Shown here: piece by piece, positions 22,794 through 35,882 of the stretch
Layout of the letters: each line of letters starts with the position of its first letter
How positions within the stretch are numbered: the stretch's first letter is position 1
Source of the DNA: Lepidodermella squamata
Lineage: Eukaryota > Animalia > Gastrotricha
Direction: 5' to 3'
DNA length: 64,000 bases
NCBI GenBank assembly: GCA_047495785.1
Contig: JBLDXI010000009.1
Location: forward strand, 2,852,001-2,916,000
Made by a program: the position numbers and the translations under genes
The notes under the pieces: model-generated
Told to the model about the DNA's origin: nothing
What the model saw: only the letters and a program-made list of their open reading frames with translations
Databases searched by the model: none

Positions 22794-25264
22794 TCAAATT
22801 GTATATTTGCGATTCTTCCATATCGGTAGAATACAGGATGCTGACCCGAGGAAAGAGTGTCCCAAACCAAGCAAGGATATTGCCGTTTGCTGATCCGAGA
22901 CATTTGGACCTAGCATTGCTACGATAGCTGCTGAAATTGCTATCATAAAAATAGCGTTGTAAAGCCCGAAAGCCATGAAGTAGTAGTCCCCATACGATTG
23001 CATCTTCAACCTTTTCATCTTGTAGGAAACATAACAGCCGAAAATAGACGGGAGCATTTGGCTACCCAACAAAATCCCAATGCAAATATGAAAACCAGAA
23101 GAAGTGCAAATGACAGCTGCAGTTTGAATAAGAACGTCTTTCTCCTGATCGTAAACGATTTTTGTTAAGCTGGATTCGCATGTTAAACGATCCCAACCAA
23201 GCCAGATTGCCAAGAAAACGGCTATTAAGAAAGAGATTGCGGCAACAATTTTAGCTGTCTCGTGATCTACTTTCTTCCAGTCATCTGCTGTTGATTCTAT
23301 ATTCACAAGTTTCGGTGCTCCCGAAGCTAATCTTATCCTAATCTTGAATCCAACAGATTGAGCCCTTGAAGGTCGAGAAGATGAACTGCTGGCATTAGAA
23401 CTGGAAACTGCTCTGTTATTCTTGCCCAATGGCCTCATTTTATGCCTAGCGAAAAATCGAAATGTTTTGAAAATTCTTGCATAAAATACAGATATGATTG
23501 CTCCAGTTCCGATGGATAACAGAAAAATCCTCGCGGTGAATAGCATTCTTGCCTTGTCGGGACTTTGAGGATTCTCAGAAGAATAAAGAATAGCGGAAAT
23601 ATTCAAAACTAAACTGAAAAATAACCCCAGTGATCTAGTCACTGGATTCGCCATAATTACGTATGGATGCCGTTTTTTCGTCAGAAAGATGACGTATATT
23701 ATGCTTGTAAGCTGAAACACACTTAGCACGGATGATATCGATACGATTGCTATGAATAGCTTCTCAGATACTTGATCTTGCAGTTTGACAAAGACTTTGT
23801 CATCTCTTGGAGGACGGCCGTCTTTAGTCATCCATTCAAATGGCTTCTCGTTCGATCTTTCATTATTGCTTAACACGTATCCGTCAAAATTTGAACTGAC
23901 CGCACTCGGGTTTTGAGTCATTACGTAGATGTACCTGATTCCTGTTTCTCGCCTCCAATAACCGATCACTTGAACATCGTTATCCACCTGGCCTGATGTT
24001 TTGCCATATACCATTTGACCTATCCTCATTCCGGTGACATTTGACTCGAATACCGACTGATTGACGACTTTCATCACAATTTGAGGCGAGGTCCTTGTAT
24101 CCCTTAGTGTTAAGTTATGGTTTTGCTTCAGGATTTTCTCGGCTTTATCCAAAGACATAATTCCATGAAGAACAACATCGTAGCAAAGGTTCCTGTTCTC
24201 ATAATCTGCTATCTTAGTACCATTCATGTATCTATCCAGGATTAACTCAAACTCTGGAATCGAGTGTCCTAATTCCGACCTGAAATCTGGCTTCGGATTA
24301 TCGATGTATAAAGTCTGACCAATCCAGAAGGTGAACTTCATTTGCTCAATAATCATCGCCCTTGTGCAGCCTGCATAGATAATTTCGGGATAGCCAGTGA
24401 AAGGATCAGCGTAGGCCGATATGTTGATAATGAAAACATAACGGGGCCTGTCATACCAGCTTTAAAAGATTCGCAAAGTAGCCGCCTCACGAAAAGTAGA
24501 GGACCCGTGTACATTGCAATAATTCTCATGTCATTCCTCTGCAAGGATTCAATTGTTTCGGATGTGATTTCCAGAACGACGTCAAACCAAGGCACGGCAA
24601 TACCCTGTTCAATCGCGAAGTTTTGAATAGCCAAAGCAGTCGTATAGTCGTTTGCATTTGCTGCGTTCGAAATTATTGCAATCCTGTTCCAGCCACCAAT
24701 TTTCTTCATAAATTGGACGTTCGCCATTGCAGTAACCCGCCCCGTTGAGACCATAAGGTACAGATTAGGGTACAGATTCCGATTGGTTAGGAAAGGAGCA
24801 GCACAATACGCACTAATGTCGACCAAGTTGAAGTGATGCAGGAAAGCTCCTATTGCTTTACAACCGACTGAAAAATTCGGGCCTACAGTGATAGGGGATG
24901 GAATAGTGCTGCTAGTGCTTGATCCGACTTCGAAGCGTCGCCCGTAAGATGTTATCAGGCTTGCTGCTCTAATCCCCGCTGCTTCGTCTTCGAACTGCAT
25001 CCTGATGCGGTAGTCGGGCAGAATGTCGCTTCTGTTGTTGACTGTATCAGCGACAATTTGAGCAGCCGCTCGGCAGGTTTGTCCATTCTTCGGATCATTC
25101 CCTTCAAAATTAGAAATAATTTAGGAGACAACAGTAATATTGAATCTTTCCAAATCGAACTAACCTGTGAAGGGAATCATGTGTAGAAGTTCCATAGTGA
25201 AGGGCTTATCAATGGCCTGCAGGCTTCGGACCGTAGTTGTCAAAGCTACTATCATGGCAAGCAT
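22794..25264 (-). pseudogene. Divergent GABA-B-like class C GPCR, paralog C, with a 1-bp frameshift (pseudogene or assembly error)
   Basis: Exon 1 25264-25165 (MLAMIVALTTTVRSLQA signal), 63-nt GT-AG intron, exon 2 from 25101 (VNNRSDILPDYRI, YPNLY). One extra base in the G4 run at 24443-24446 restores GMTGPRYVFII and joins ORF 22794-24356 (7TM). Confidence 0.8.
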
Positions 25265-27263
25265 TTTTTCGCCGTCTATGTTAGAAAGAAAGATTTTGAA
25301 GAAAATTCGAATATTTCAGAACCAAATACCATTAGACATTGTATGCGACATCATTTTAATCGAGTTAATTAATTCAATCGGTTTAATTAAATTTAAAGCT
25401 CTAATTTACATATACCCCTAGGCCAAGTTTATGTTTTGTTTGGGATATATGTTTACATATTTTATACATAGTGGACAGCTGAGTATCACATTTATTTACG
25501 GTTACAAGACAAACTACACCTGAACTCCACAAGGACAGGACTTTGATAAGTTGCACGAACATTCGAACATATCCTTAGTCTATAAGTCTATCTACTAGGC
25601 TGAAGAAGAATCTCAAAGACTGTTAATTATTATATGTTCGGTTTGTCAACTTATTTCCTCCTCTATGTCCAATATATACACTCATGGATGTTTTCGGCGC
25701 ATTTTCTGTACCATTTGATTAGGTATTTTGATTGGGTTAGCTATTTCTATCGAACGTACGAATTAACGAAGGAATTAGTTCATCTACTGTCTTGTGAGAC
25801 GTGATTTTCTCACGAAAATCATAGAGATCAGATTACGCCTTTTTATCAAGCCATGGACTAATACAATCTGACCTTATGACGATAATTAAAAGTTATATTC
25901 AAGTTCAATCTGCCTATGATATGAGTAAGGAACAAGACAATTGGAAATGAGAGAAAACTGCGAAACAATCTATTCAATCACTAATTTCATTCAATTTTAA
26001 AGGCACAAAAACAATGGTGCAGGATTCAGGACAATTATTTGAACGCTTGAATAATGCCCTGAACAGTTTTAACCTGGACCCTGTCTTTGTCGTCGTGATA
26101 AGCAGCCAGCAGCCTTGTCATTTGGATAGGTGAAGTCACCATCAGTCGATGGGAAAATTGGCCCCTTTTCGGAGCCTGATTCAGTCGCAATCGTCCATTT
26201 TAGATAACCGGGCGCTTTCGATGCGTCAAAAGCTAGCAAATAAGGCTATTGACTGCCGCCGAGGGTCTATTGCCGGTTTTCAGCAACTCAACAGGTTCAG
26301 CAGCTAGCAACTTTTTCCCGTCTTGGCCAACCACGTTGAAGAATGATTCATTTACTCAGCCCCTCCCTCAGTTATCAGTTATGTCTAGGATGGATTGCTT
26401 TCATAAATCACTTAGCAATTAGCAAGTAAAATGCGAATACCATGCCTCGATGTCCAGTTGGCCTCTTTTGTCCATTTCACGTGAATTTGGATGAAACGCC
26501 TATCGAATGAAATTACCTATGCATCTGGAGGTAACATCTATTTTTACGTTTGAGATACCAGACATTTTCGGGCAAGCTAAATTAGTTGATTACGAGGGTT
26601 CATGTTAATCATAATGCGAAATGCGAATAAACAAGTCACATGAAATTCGAACAGGCCTATTGATTGCACATCTTTTCACCTTGCTTCGTCGAGAAAGTGC
26701 GATATCTCTGCCAACATTCTGAACTTCCTTCACCCTTCAAAATTTTGTTATTAGCTCGCCTAAATTCGCTCTTCTCCAAAAATACACTGGCATGTAATTC
26801 GAGTATTTCGCTGAACTCCACTATCAATTATCGAGAGATAGGAATTGGCGTCAGTCAGGTGACGAACACGAGAAATAGAAAGATCAGGGTCAAGTTCATG
26901 CGCTCGCTAATTCATGCGTTGGAAACAGAGATAACGTAATCGCCGTAATGGTACCGACAATAACGAAAAGCTTCCATATGCAAATTGAAACTTAATAAAA
27001 AAAATAATTCAGCTTAGAACAGTTAGACAGTTTGAATGATGGCTTTTTGATAGTTCCAAGTCGCTTTCTCCCGATGTTACGCCAACACCCCTTTTCACTT
27101 GTCACCGGTCTTAAAGTTGAAATTAAGCTTTAATTAAAGCAACGGTAATAAATTGCGGCGGTGAATGAGTACAACTCGAGTGCCATTTACGAACAATAGG
27201 TACATAACTTGTTTTGCATAGTAAAAAACATCATCATCACTCAGCTAGGCTATTCATTCAACA

Positions 27264-30200
27264 ATGATAAAACATTTTGTTAATTTGCTATTATTATTTT
27301 CCGTTTTTTCCGTTGCGTTTATTAAGGCAGACGAGAGTTCTTTTTCAAGTCTCACTGCTGCTATTAAGCTAGACGATGCAGAAAAAGTTGCCCGCATCAT
27401 CAAATCAGACTTTGACGCAGATTTCAACGTTCGAAACTCAACGGATTGGTCACCTCTAGCGTTGGCTTCGTACTACGGCAGCATCAACGTCACAAAAGCC
27501 CTCCTTAAAGAAAATGCAGATTTAAATATTGAAAACGACGTTAAGGAACAACCGCTTCATCTAGCCTGCTTGAAAAATCACGCCGAAATCGTTGATATTT
27601 TGTTGGGAAAAGCCGAGCTTAATGGCGAGTTGGCGCAGCTTCTTAATGCCGAACAAATCACGGGCGAAACTGTGTTATTTTATGCAATTAAATCGATTGC
27701 TGATTCGATTTTAATTACGCAACGACTTGTCGATAAAGGGGCAAAGGTCAACGCGGCAAATCTTCGAAATGTCTCTCCGATTCACGAGGCGATAATGTGC
27801 AGGAAGATGCAAAGAACGAGATTTCTGGTCGAAAATGGTGCGGATATGACTGCGAAGTGCTGCGGCGGTAAATCAGTGTCACATTTAGCCGCACTTTCGA
27901 ACTCGGTTTGGTTCCTGGATGACCCAAATCTAGCCAAGTTTTTCGATAAAAACGCTCTAGATGAGGCTAATCAGCCGCCGATTTGTTCGGCAGCCGAAAG
28001 TGGAGCTGTGGAGTTTTCGAGAAAATTAGTTTCGGACTACGGCGTTTCCCTCGACAGTATTGTATGCACGTATGGCAATGGTTCGGACCTGATAGCCGGC
28101 TCTTTGCTGCACTAGGCCGCGTTTCATTACCAGTTACGCTTCGTTGAATATCTCATGGAAAGTGGGGTGAATACAACAGTAGTTGACGCGACTGGCGGTA
28201 CGGCTCTTCACGCCCTGGCTAGGCAGGTAAATCCGCCTCAAAAATCAATCAGCGACCTTCGATTGATAGTCAACGCTTTGCATAATAAATATTCAAAAAT
28301 TCTGATGATACCAGGCGAGAATTCTCTGTTTAAATTGCGTGATTTCGACGGTCGAGATGCGATTCTAGTCGCGGCTTCAGTTTCGAACGAATATTTCGTG
28401 GAAACTCTGATTAAATCGTGGGAATTTGACATTACGAACTTGCTGGACAAAAACGGCGCTTGTGTGTTTCATTTGGCGAAAACGACAAGTTTTTTGAGGT
28501 TTCTTTTCGGCATTCGAGGTGCGAAATGGATTGTCAACACGAAAACGAACACAACTGGCCAAACGCCGTTGTTAACCGCAATTTTCGAGCGAAAACCAGC
28601 GAATTTTGTGCGCATCCTACTGGAAGAAGGAGCCGATGCGACAATAGAACAACGCGATGGCTTGAACGCTATTTTTGCGGCAATTAAGGTGGGCTATCTG
28701 GAGGCACTCGACGTGTTATTGACTCAGTTACCAGTCAATGGATTTTTGGCGCTGAATGCGAAACTTCCCGGGCGTCCGAATAGTTTCCAATATGCGATTG
28801 CGTGCGGCAACGAGCAGGCAGCTGTTATGATTGCTCGAGCTGTGAAAATGCCAGGATTAATTTCAGGTATGAGCTAATTTAACGATATGCCAAGTTAAAG
28901 CCCTAAATTTAGCGTTCAAGCTCCAGAGAGAGTTCATTGTGAAATTCAATTTTTTTAATTTAAATCAAAATTAAATGGAATTTCAAAATTGAAAATCAAT
29001 TTTCTGCGAGCAGATGAAATATAGACCCATATTAAATTCATACATTTTTATTTTTTTGTTTATTATAGGAGATAAGCTAGTAACAAGTCCGAGTGGATAC
29101 GTCTTACCTGCTCTGCATTATTCAATCCGAACCGGAAATTCCGACCTCCTTAAAGCTTTGGTTACCGACTGCAAAGCCGATTTACGCACCACTGACCACA
29201 GGACAGGGCAAACCAGCCTCCATGAAGCTGTTCAACAAGAAAACTTCGAAATGATTGACATTTTGTTACAAAACGCAGCTGATTTAGCGGCCAAAGATCG
29301 GATGGGAAGAACTCCGGTTCATTACGCAGCGAAATCTTCCAAAATTTTGGAAAAATTGCTGGTAGCTCAGGCCGAGTCGAAACAATTTCTGATAAATCTA
29401 GCCGATAATTATGGAGAAACTGTTCTGCATCGAGCTGTTTCATTCGGCCGACTTGATGCTGTGAATCTGTTACTTTCCAAGTTCAGGGCCGATTGCCGGA
29501 AACTGAACGAAAAAGGCCGATCGCCTCTTCATCTCGCCCATGACCTTGGCTTCGATTTTCTAGTCGATGCCATGGTATCCTTGAACGGGACAAGCTGTGC
29601 TATCGATCAGAAGGATTCCTGCGATAAAGCTTTGAACCTTAACACCTCAGCGGTCATTTGCTCCGAGCTGCCAGAGGTTGCGAATGGAATTGTTAAATTG
29701 AGCCCGCAATGCGTTGAATCTGGCAAAAGAGTTGGAACCTTGCGATGCCTTGAAAACTATTCTCTCATCGGACAGGCTAAAGTTGAATGTGATAAAAATG
29801 GCCGCTGGACTATTTATGGATTTTGCTCACAAGGTAAAAGTTTTAATACTGAATATTTTTTGAAAAAATATCCACATTTTTAGACTGTGAATTTGAGCCT
29901 ATGATTGATAATGGTAAAGTCGGACCAGGGTTGAATTCTTTGTCATCAGTTCGGCCGATTATTTGCGACTCCGGTTTTCGAATCAAAGGAAATAATGTCG
30001 TGACTTGCCAAGCTAACGGCCAATGGACGGAAGCTGGTAGTTGCGTTTTAGCCGAATCTGAAACTATCAACGAGCTGGCTCCAGCTTCGATGCATTTTAT
30101 TAGAAGCAACGAGACAGACTCGGCGCCAATTAGACGGGCTTTACCCAGTAACGAGCCTGGAAGCCGTTACTATGAAGACTGGAAGATTGGAGATATTTTC

Positions 30201-31409
30201 GAAAATTACGAATTTCCGTCGGACGTCGTTGGAATTCTGGTTACAGATACAGTTCCGCAACGTCGCCAAGCTGGGCCACCATTCCTTACAATTGTCACCA
30301 GATCGTGCTCCGTCAATGTGAGAAATTATCATAAAAAATTATTCTAAAACTATATATGTCAAATTTTTCAATTTTTTATTTTTTGCAATTTATTCAATTT
30401 CGAATTTTTAAAATTTAAAATTGGTGCGCATTTTTTTATTAAATTGTGTTCATTTAATTTTTTGATTATTTTATAATATTTTATAGCACTGTGTCGTAAG
30501 GCAACCTGATTGTTAAATTAGGCAGTCCACATTTTTAATACATGTTTATCTCTCTTTAATTTTTAATTTTTTTTAAATCAGGTAATGTCTCGCAGTGATA
30601 TGGCTACGGATGAGTGGGTCCGTAGGGTGAGCGGAAATTCCGACAAATGCACCCCTATAGCCCACGCAGCTTTCAATTCAAAATCCGGCGATATCTACTT
30701 CGTTCTATCAGATGAGCCGAGATCAATCTACGCCGCAAGCTGGAACGACATTGCCAACAACGTTGGAGATAAACCACTAGTTATGTCGCCTCTCTTGAGA
30801 CCGTCTCAAAGCCTGGACCGAAAATTCAGCAGTATTTCAGTTGATGCGGAGAATAATTTACTATTCGCATGCGATTTGTACGGCAAACAGGGCGATGTCA
30901 GTATTTGGCTGTTAATTGCAACCTCGAATGTCTCGCCGTATTACACCCCGAAATTCATGGGTTCGATTCGCCCGACCGGTTTCCAGCCACAGTTCAGTGC
31001 CTTCCATTACCGCCAAGTCATTCCTGGTGAAAGTATCGAGTTGGTAGTCGCGGTGAATGAAGCGAGAAAAGGTGGTAAAATCCTTCTGTACAAGACATCT
31101 TTCGAAAAGTTCATCTCGAGCGAAATCCCGATCCCGGATGCATTCATTCCATTCGGTGAATTGACGAGTTCGGACACAATGCCGCAAGAAATGACATTTG
31201 ATTCGATGGGAAATTTGTTTATAACTGGGCAGGGCAATCCTGTCATTCAAGTTTTCTCATTCACTGGGGAAGATGAGAAGCCTATGAAGCAAACCTGGTC
31301 TTGGTCTGGCGATGGGAACTACGACCGACTAGCTTTAGCTAAAAACGCGACTTCAGGGGAAGCTATCGGGATTTTTGCGAATAAAAAGCGTCTCTCCGTT
31401 TTTGACTGA
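27264..31409 (+). CDS. Signal peptide + ankyrin repeats + two Sushi/CCP domains + propeller-like C-terminus, interrupted by an in-frame TAG
   Basis: Exons 27264-28866, 29069-29833, 29884-30317 and 30582-31409 join in frame. TAG at 28113-28115 sits inside an ankyrin repeat (SLLH*AAFHYQLRFVEYL). Sushi motifs CLENYSLIGQAKVECDKNGRW and CDSGFRIKGNNVVTCQANGQW. Confidence 0.8.
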
Positions 31410-31567
31410 TAAAAATTAATAAATCTAATTTTTGTGCAATTTCTTTCACTTTATTCAACTGTCAAGTGGGTGAAGTGCAAAAATCACTCACGCGTGACAG
31501 AGGTGTGCGATTTATATAAGTGATGAGGCAATAAAATCGTTGAAAAAATCATTTAATTAGCAATTAT

Positions 31568-31819
31568 TCAGCGGCCGTTGTTATTTTTGTTGAAAAGATT
31601 GGCAAACCAGTTGCACTTACATCCTTTTTTCTGTTTGTTGACATTCGCAAAGTGGCAAGTTGGACCGTAAGCGCAGATGCCGAAATGGCCGAATTTGCAC
31701 AGTTCGCTGCAGGTCATGCGTGTCATCTCGTCCGGCAGGTAGCCAGCCACTTGTTGGCTGCTAATAATAAGTGAAATTAAAAGTGTGGAATAAATAATCA
31801 CCAGCAACGACTTCAACAT
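31568..31819 (-). CDS. Secreted CSab-type (defensin/macin-like) peptide precursor
   Basis: Signal peptide MLKSLLVIIYSTLLISLIISSQQVAG, then C-x3-C-x7-C-x5-C-x11-CxC. The C-terminal half is basic and ends in GR-stop. Confidence 0.7.
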   Translation of the reverse strand: MLKSLLVIIYSTLLISLIISSQQVAGYLPDEMTRMTCSELCKFGHFGICAYGPTCHFANVNKQKKGCKCNWFANLFNKNNNGR

Positions 31820-32785
31820 CTCGATAAACGGTGTGGAGCTTTTCAAATTTCAAAAAGCCGGTTTTTTCACACACTCAGGAAATTTACTTGACTCGAGTTG
31901 ATTCAAGATTGTGTTTAAAAAATGACGGGCGTGGTGCGTTTGAGATTTCCGCATGAGAAGGATATTGCGTTTGCGGCTGGGCGTGGTCACATGTTGTATG
32001 CCCAGGTAAGAAGAATAGGTGCTTAATTTTAGACATTTTCAATCTTTTTCGATGAGTGGGATTTGATATCGTTATCCTTTCGGCTTACCCGCGCATTAAC
32101 GTACCAAAAATATCGGAAAATAATAGATGGACTGGGAGTGGACGGAAGTGAGTTCAATCCGATCGAAATTTTCGAACTTGAAAATATTTTCATTCAACCG
32201 CTATTATTAGAAAATGAATCAGAAAAATGTCTCAGGTGAAACAGCGTTATAAAACACACGCGCTTTACTCATTTCCTTTTGCCGGTCAGGTGAAGTGTAG
32301 TGACGCATGCTTTTGATTCGCCGTGGGCATGCACAATTTTCACCTCGCCGCTATAATTTCAAGCTCTGAATATAAATGGTGAGGTGAGAGCTGCTATGCT
32401 TTTTCAATACTCAACGCAGCAGCAATCAATGAAAAGGGCGACACACTTCTCTACTATACAGGCGTGTTTATTGCATGGCTTTTTTCCGCAGTTAAGCCTG
32501 GTGAAATTATAGTGTAATAATATTTTTTGCAGCTGTTGTGCACTCGCACGCGATTGTTAATGAGGATGATGAGAGGGCAAAGTCTTGCTGGTAAAGCTCG
32601 TATTGGTGTGTCATACTATAATACTGGTCAATTTTATTTGAGTAATAGCTTCACCCAGCTCAACTCGCAGAACTCGCAGTAAATTGCTATAACATTGAGG
32701 AATTTTAAATCTCATTAAGCTGGTCTTTTTAATTTCTCAATAATTTTTTTTACATGTTTAGATTTTTCGAATAATTTAGTTATTA

Positions 32786-33640
32786 ATGTCGTCCATCGGT
32801 GCAAGGTCATCGGCTAGAAAAGCTCTAAATCCATCTCGTCGTGAACCTGCTAATTCAATCAAACCTGAGCAGCAAGGCGAGATGGATGACCAAGGCGATG
32901 AATCAGCATCGTCCGAGATGTTATCACAGCCCGAGTCGAATTTCAACGAATCAGCCGAAGTGCCTGTCGATTTAGTCATTGCAAATGCCGATGAAGATGG
33001 CGCCCACAATGAGTCAGAAATTGCCTATCAAGCAGCTGTTAAGCGTGATAGTGAATCGAAAACAAATGGCACGAAACGGGCGTGGAAGAAATGGGATAAG
33101 CCTGAGGAAATCGCGCTAGCTCAGTGTTGGCGGGACCATCATGAACTCATCAAGAAGAACCGGAATGAAGGCTGGGACAGTGTGGCTAGTTCACTGCAAG
33201 CGCTTGGCTACCATCGGTCGAGTAGCCAGTGTTACGAAAAGTACAAAGCTCTTCTTCTGGCTTACAAAGCCGAGACGTCGACTTTCGACCCGAATAGCGC
33301 GAATGGAATTTTGGAAAGCGTGTTGGGCATTCACCAAAATCAGTCATCTACTCAACAAAAACCGAATAACGAATCTTTTATTGTCCACCACGAATCTGAG
33401 CAAGAGGATGAAGAAGAGCCGTTGCCGAAGAAAAAGTCGAGGATCAGCACTTGTTGCAACAGTAATGAATTGCTATGCAAAATTATCGCGTTGCAGGAGA
33501 AGCAAGTCGAGCTACAGAAAAAGCAGATGGAAAATGAGACGCGGCTCGAAGAGAAGCGGTTGGACATGGTTGCCGAGTCTGAAAAGCGGTGGAATAACAC
33601 TCTTCTTGAAATTGTTAAATTGCTCACTAAAAACAACTGA
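32786..33640 (+). CDS. Myb/SANT-like trihelix DNA-binding protein with C-terminal coiled coil
   Basis: WDKPEEIALAQCW...WDSVASSLQALGYHRSSSQCYEKYKALLLAYK, an NLS-like PKKKSR, and a heptad-rich tail. Confidence 0.8.
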   Translation: MSSIGARSSARKALNPSRREPANSIKPEQQGEMDDQGDESASSEMLSQPESNFNESAEVPVDLVIANADEDGAHNESEIAYQAAVKRDSESKTNGTKRAWKKWDKPEEIALAQCWRDHHELIKKNRNEGWDSVASSLQALGYHRSSSQCYEKYKALLLAYKAETSTFDPNSANGILESVLGIHQNQSSTQQKPNNESFIVHHESEQEDEEEPLPKKKSRISTCCNSNELLCKIIALQEKQVELQKKQMENETRLEEKRLDMVAESEKRWNNTLLEIVKLLTKNN

Positions 33641-34200
33641 TAATTAATTGATGTGTAATTTTCAAGTTCAATCATTCGCAAAGAGAAATAAACTAGATTT
33701 TTCCTTTTTTCGGCCTTTTTCGGCATACTCTAATTTCGGGGAAAAATCGACTTATTTACGTGAATGAGGAGACAAAAACATGGGCAAAAACAAATGACCT
33801 TTTAATTATCAACGCTCACCTTAAAATTGACATAATCAAGGTTGAATCCGATTTTTAAACGATTAGGGTCCAAGCTCCAAAATGGAAAAAGTGTTGCACC
33901 ATTGAAAATTGCCCAACGTGGGTCAACCAAGAAAATTTACATATTTTTTTATCAGCGCCCGGCTTTTTAATTAGGAATTAACGAAGCAGGTGTAATTTTT
34001 ATGCAAATTTCGGAATTTCAAGGAAGCGATCAGAGACTGAAAGGAACAAATGTTTAACAATTTCCGCGCCGTTTATAATTTTTTTATACCGAATAATTAC
34101 GATTGTTTTTTTTATAATTTTTAATGAATATCAACCATTGATTAGTCGCGTGTTGAGTGCCATCGGCAGGCTGATTATTGTTATTGCCTCCAAGTCCAAT

Positions 34201-34254
34201 CACGTGGCTTATTTCCGCCGCCAATACAAGCGACAGATCATACGCTCTATAAAA
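34201..34254 (+). promoter_or_regulatory. E-box (CACGTG) and TATA box upstream of PIF-like gene 1
   Basis: CACGTG at 34201-34206 and TATAAAA at 34248-34254. Equivalent E-boxes occur upstream of the other two paralogs. Confidence 0.5.
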
Positions 34255-34318
34255 GCCGAAGCTTAAACGCGTTATTATCATCAATTCTCTTAATTTATTT
34301 CTTCTCGAACATTCGAAA

Positions 34319-35882
34319 ATGGCGTCTAAAATGATGTGCCTCATTTTTGCAGCAATCATCGGCGCTGCTTTTGCGCAGAATGACAACGTTAATGCCAACG
34401 AATTTTGCCAGTCCTGTTCCGGCCGTGCTAACAGCCGCAACTTCTACGCCCACCCAACTGATTGCCATCTATTCTACTCGTGCTTCTTCTACAACGAAAC
34501 CTACGCCGAGGGTCAGCTTCTTCAATGCCCGCCTACTCTCTACTTCCAGCAAAAGTACCAGACCTGCGTCCCCGAGGGCCCAACCCCGTGCCAGGACATC
34601 TGCGCCAACGACACCGTGACAGCCTTGGGCTGTGCCCCAATCCCCGGCAGCTGCAACCAATACATCTGGTGCAGTTTCGGCTCGGAGCTGCTCTGCTGCC
34701 CGCAAGGCACCGCGTTCAACGCCTCGACCTGCCAGTGCGATCTCAGCGAAACGTGCACCGATGTCTGCACCCTAGCTGCCCCGGCCGTTCCCACCTCCGT
34801 CGCCCCGGTCACCTTCAACGACACGTACTGCACCGACCCGTATGGCAACGTGCTCACCGCAATCGCTGGCAACCCGACCTCGTACGGCCAGGTCGATCAG
34901 AACAACAATAACCAGGTCACGGAGCTGCCATGCGCCCCTGGCTCGACCTTCACCCTCGAACAGTGCCGCTGTGACATCAACGTCCCAATCCTTTCCGCGG
35001 CTAGTGGTAACCAGTGCACGTTGTACCTGCCCTTCGACGGTAATGCCAACGATTTGTCTTCGACTAAGCTTGGCACTTTCGTGTATGGTGATGCGACTGT
35101 GGTCACTACGACGTGGGCTCGTGGAACTGGGTCATTCTACACTGGAAATGGCGGTCGTCTTGAAATTCCTGGCACCAAGAACCTCGATCAACTCTCCCAA
35201 GGCTCTTATTGCCTGTTTTACAAGTAATTATTTTCATTTATTTTTCATTAAAATTTAAAATTTTCTATAGCTGTGCAAATAACGCTTGCCCCAATGGTGG
35301 TCTGTTGTCGAACAACAACAACGCAAGCCGAGCTGATTACACTGCCATTCTTGCTTCGGTCGCAAATGCCTTCCAGGCTGATATCAAGACCCACTGGCCG
35401 ACCAATGAGCGCCAAATTCGAAGCAGCCAGGGCCTCGATTTGAATGGCTGGAACCAAGTCTGCGTTACCTACCGCGCCCCAGCTTACCCATATGCTGGTG
35501 AAAGCACCCTCAGCCTATACATCAACAATGTAAGAAAATTTAAATAAATAATTCAAAGTTTAATTAATTTTAAATTTCAATGAATTAAATCGCTCTAAAT
35601 TTTGAATTAAATTTTAATTTATTTTATATATTTCGCAATTTTTGGTTAAAGTTGGCTATTTTTAATGTGAATCAGGAACTGGTTGTTCAAGACGTCTATG
35701 CTAACAACGGCTGGTTGAACATTGCCAACTGCCCGTACACTGTCGGCACCGATCAGTTCTACGGCGATTTCGCTGGCTACATCGACGAAGTCCTGATTTG
35801 CAATCATGCTTTGACCCCGACCGAGGTCACGGCTCATTACACTGGCCAAGATGCTCTGCGCAGTGCTAATTTGATCCCTTGA
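34319..35882 (+). CDS. Secreted PIF-like protein: chitin-binding type 2 (peritrophin-A) domains + LamG/ConA-like domain, copy 1
   Basis: Exons 34319-35223, 35271-35529 and 35676-35882. Chitin-binding motifs HPTDCHLFYSC...CPPTLYF and CPQGTAFN. LamG motifs LYLPFDGNANDLS, GWNQVCVTY, LYINN and FAGYIDEV. Confidence 0.88.

Noticed and set aside
26000-26900. Decayed minus-strand gene (signal-like MNLTLIFLFLVFVT followed by a stop, and open fragments)
   Set aside because: No recognisable domain and no consistent exon chain, so it is too weak to call.
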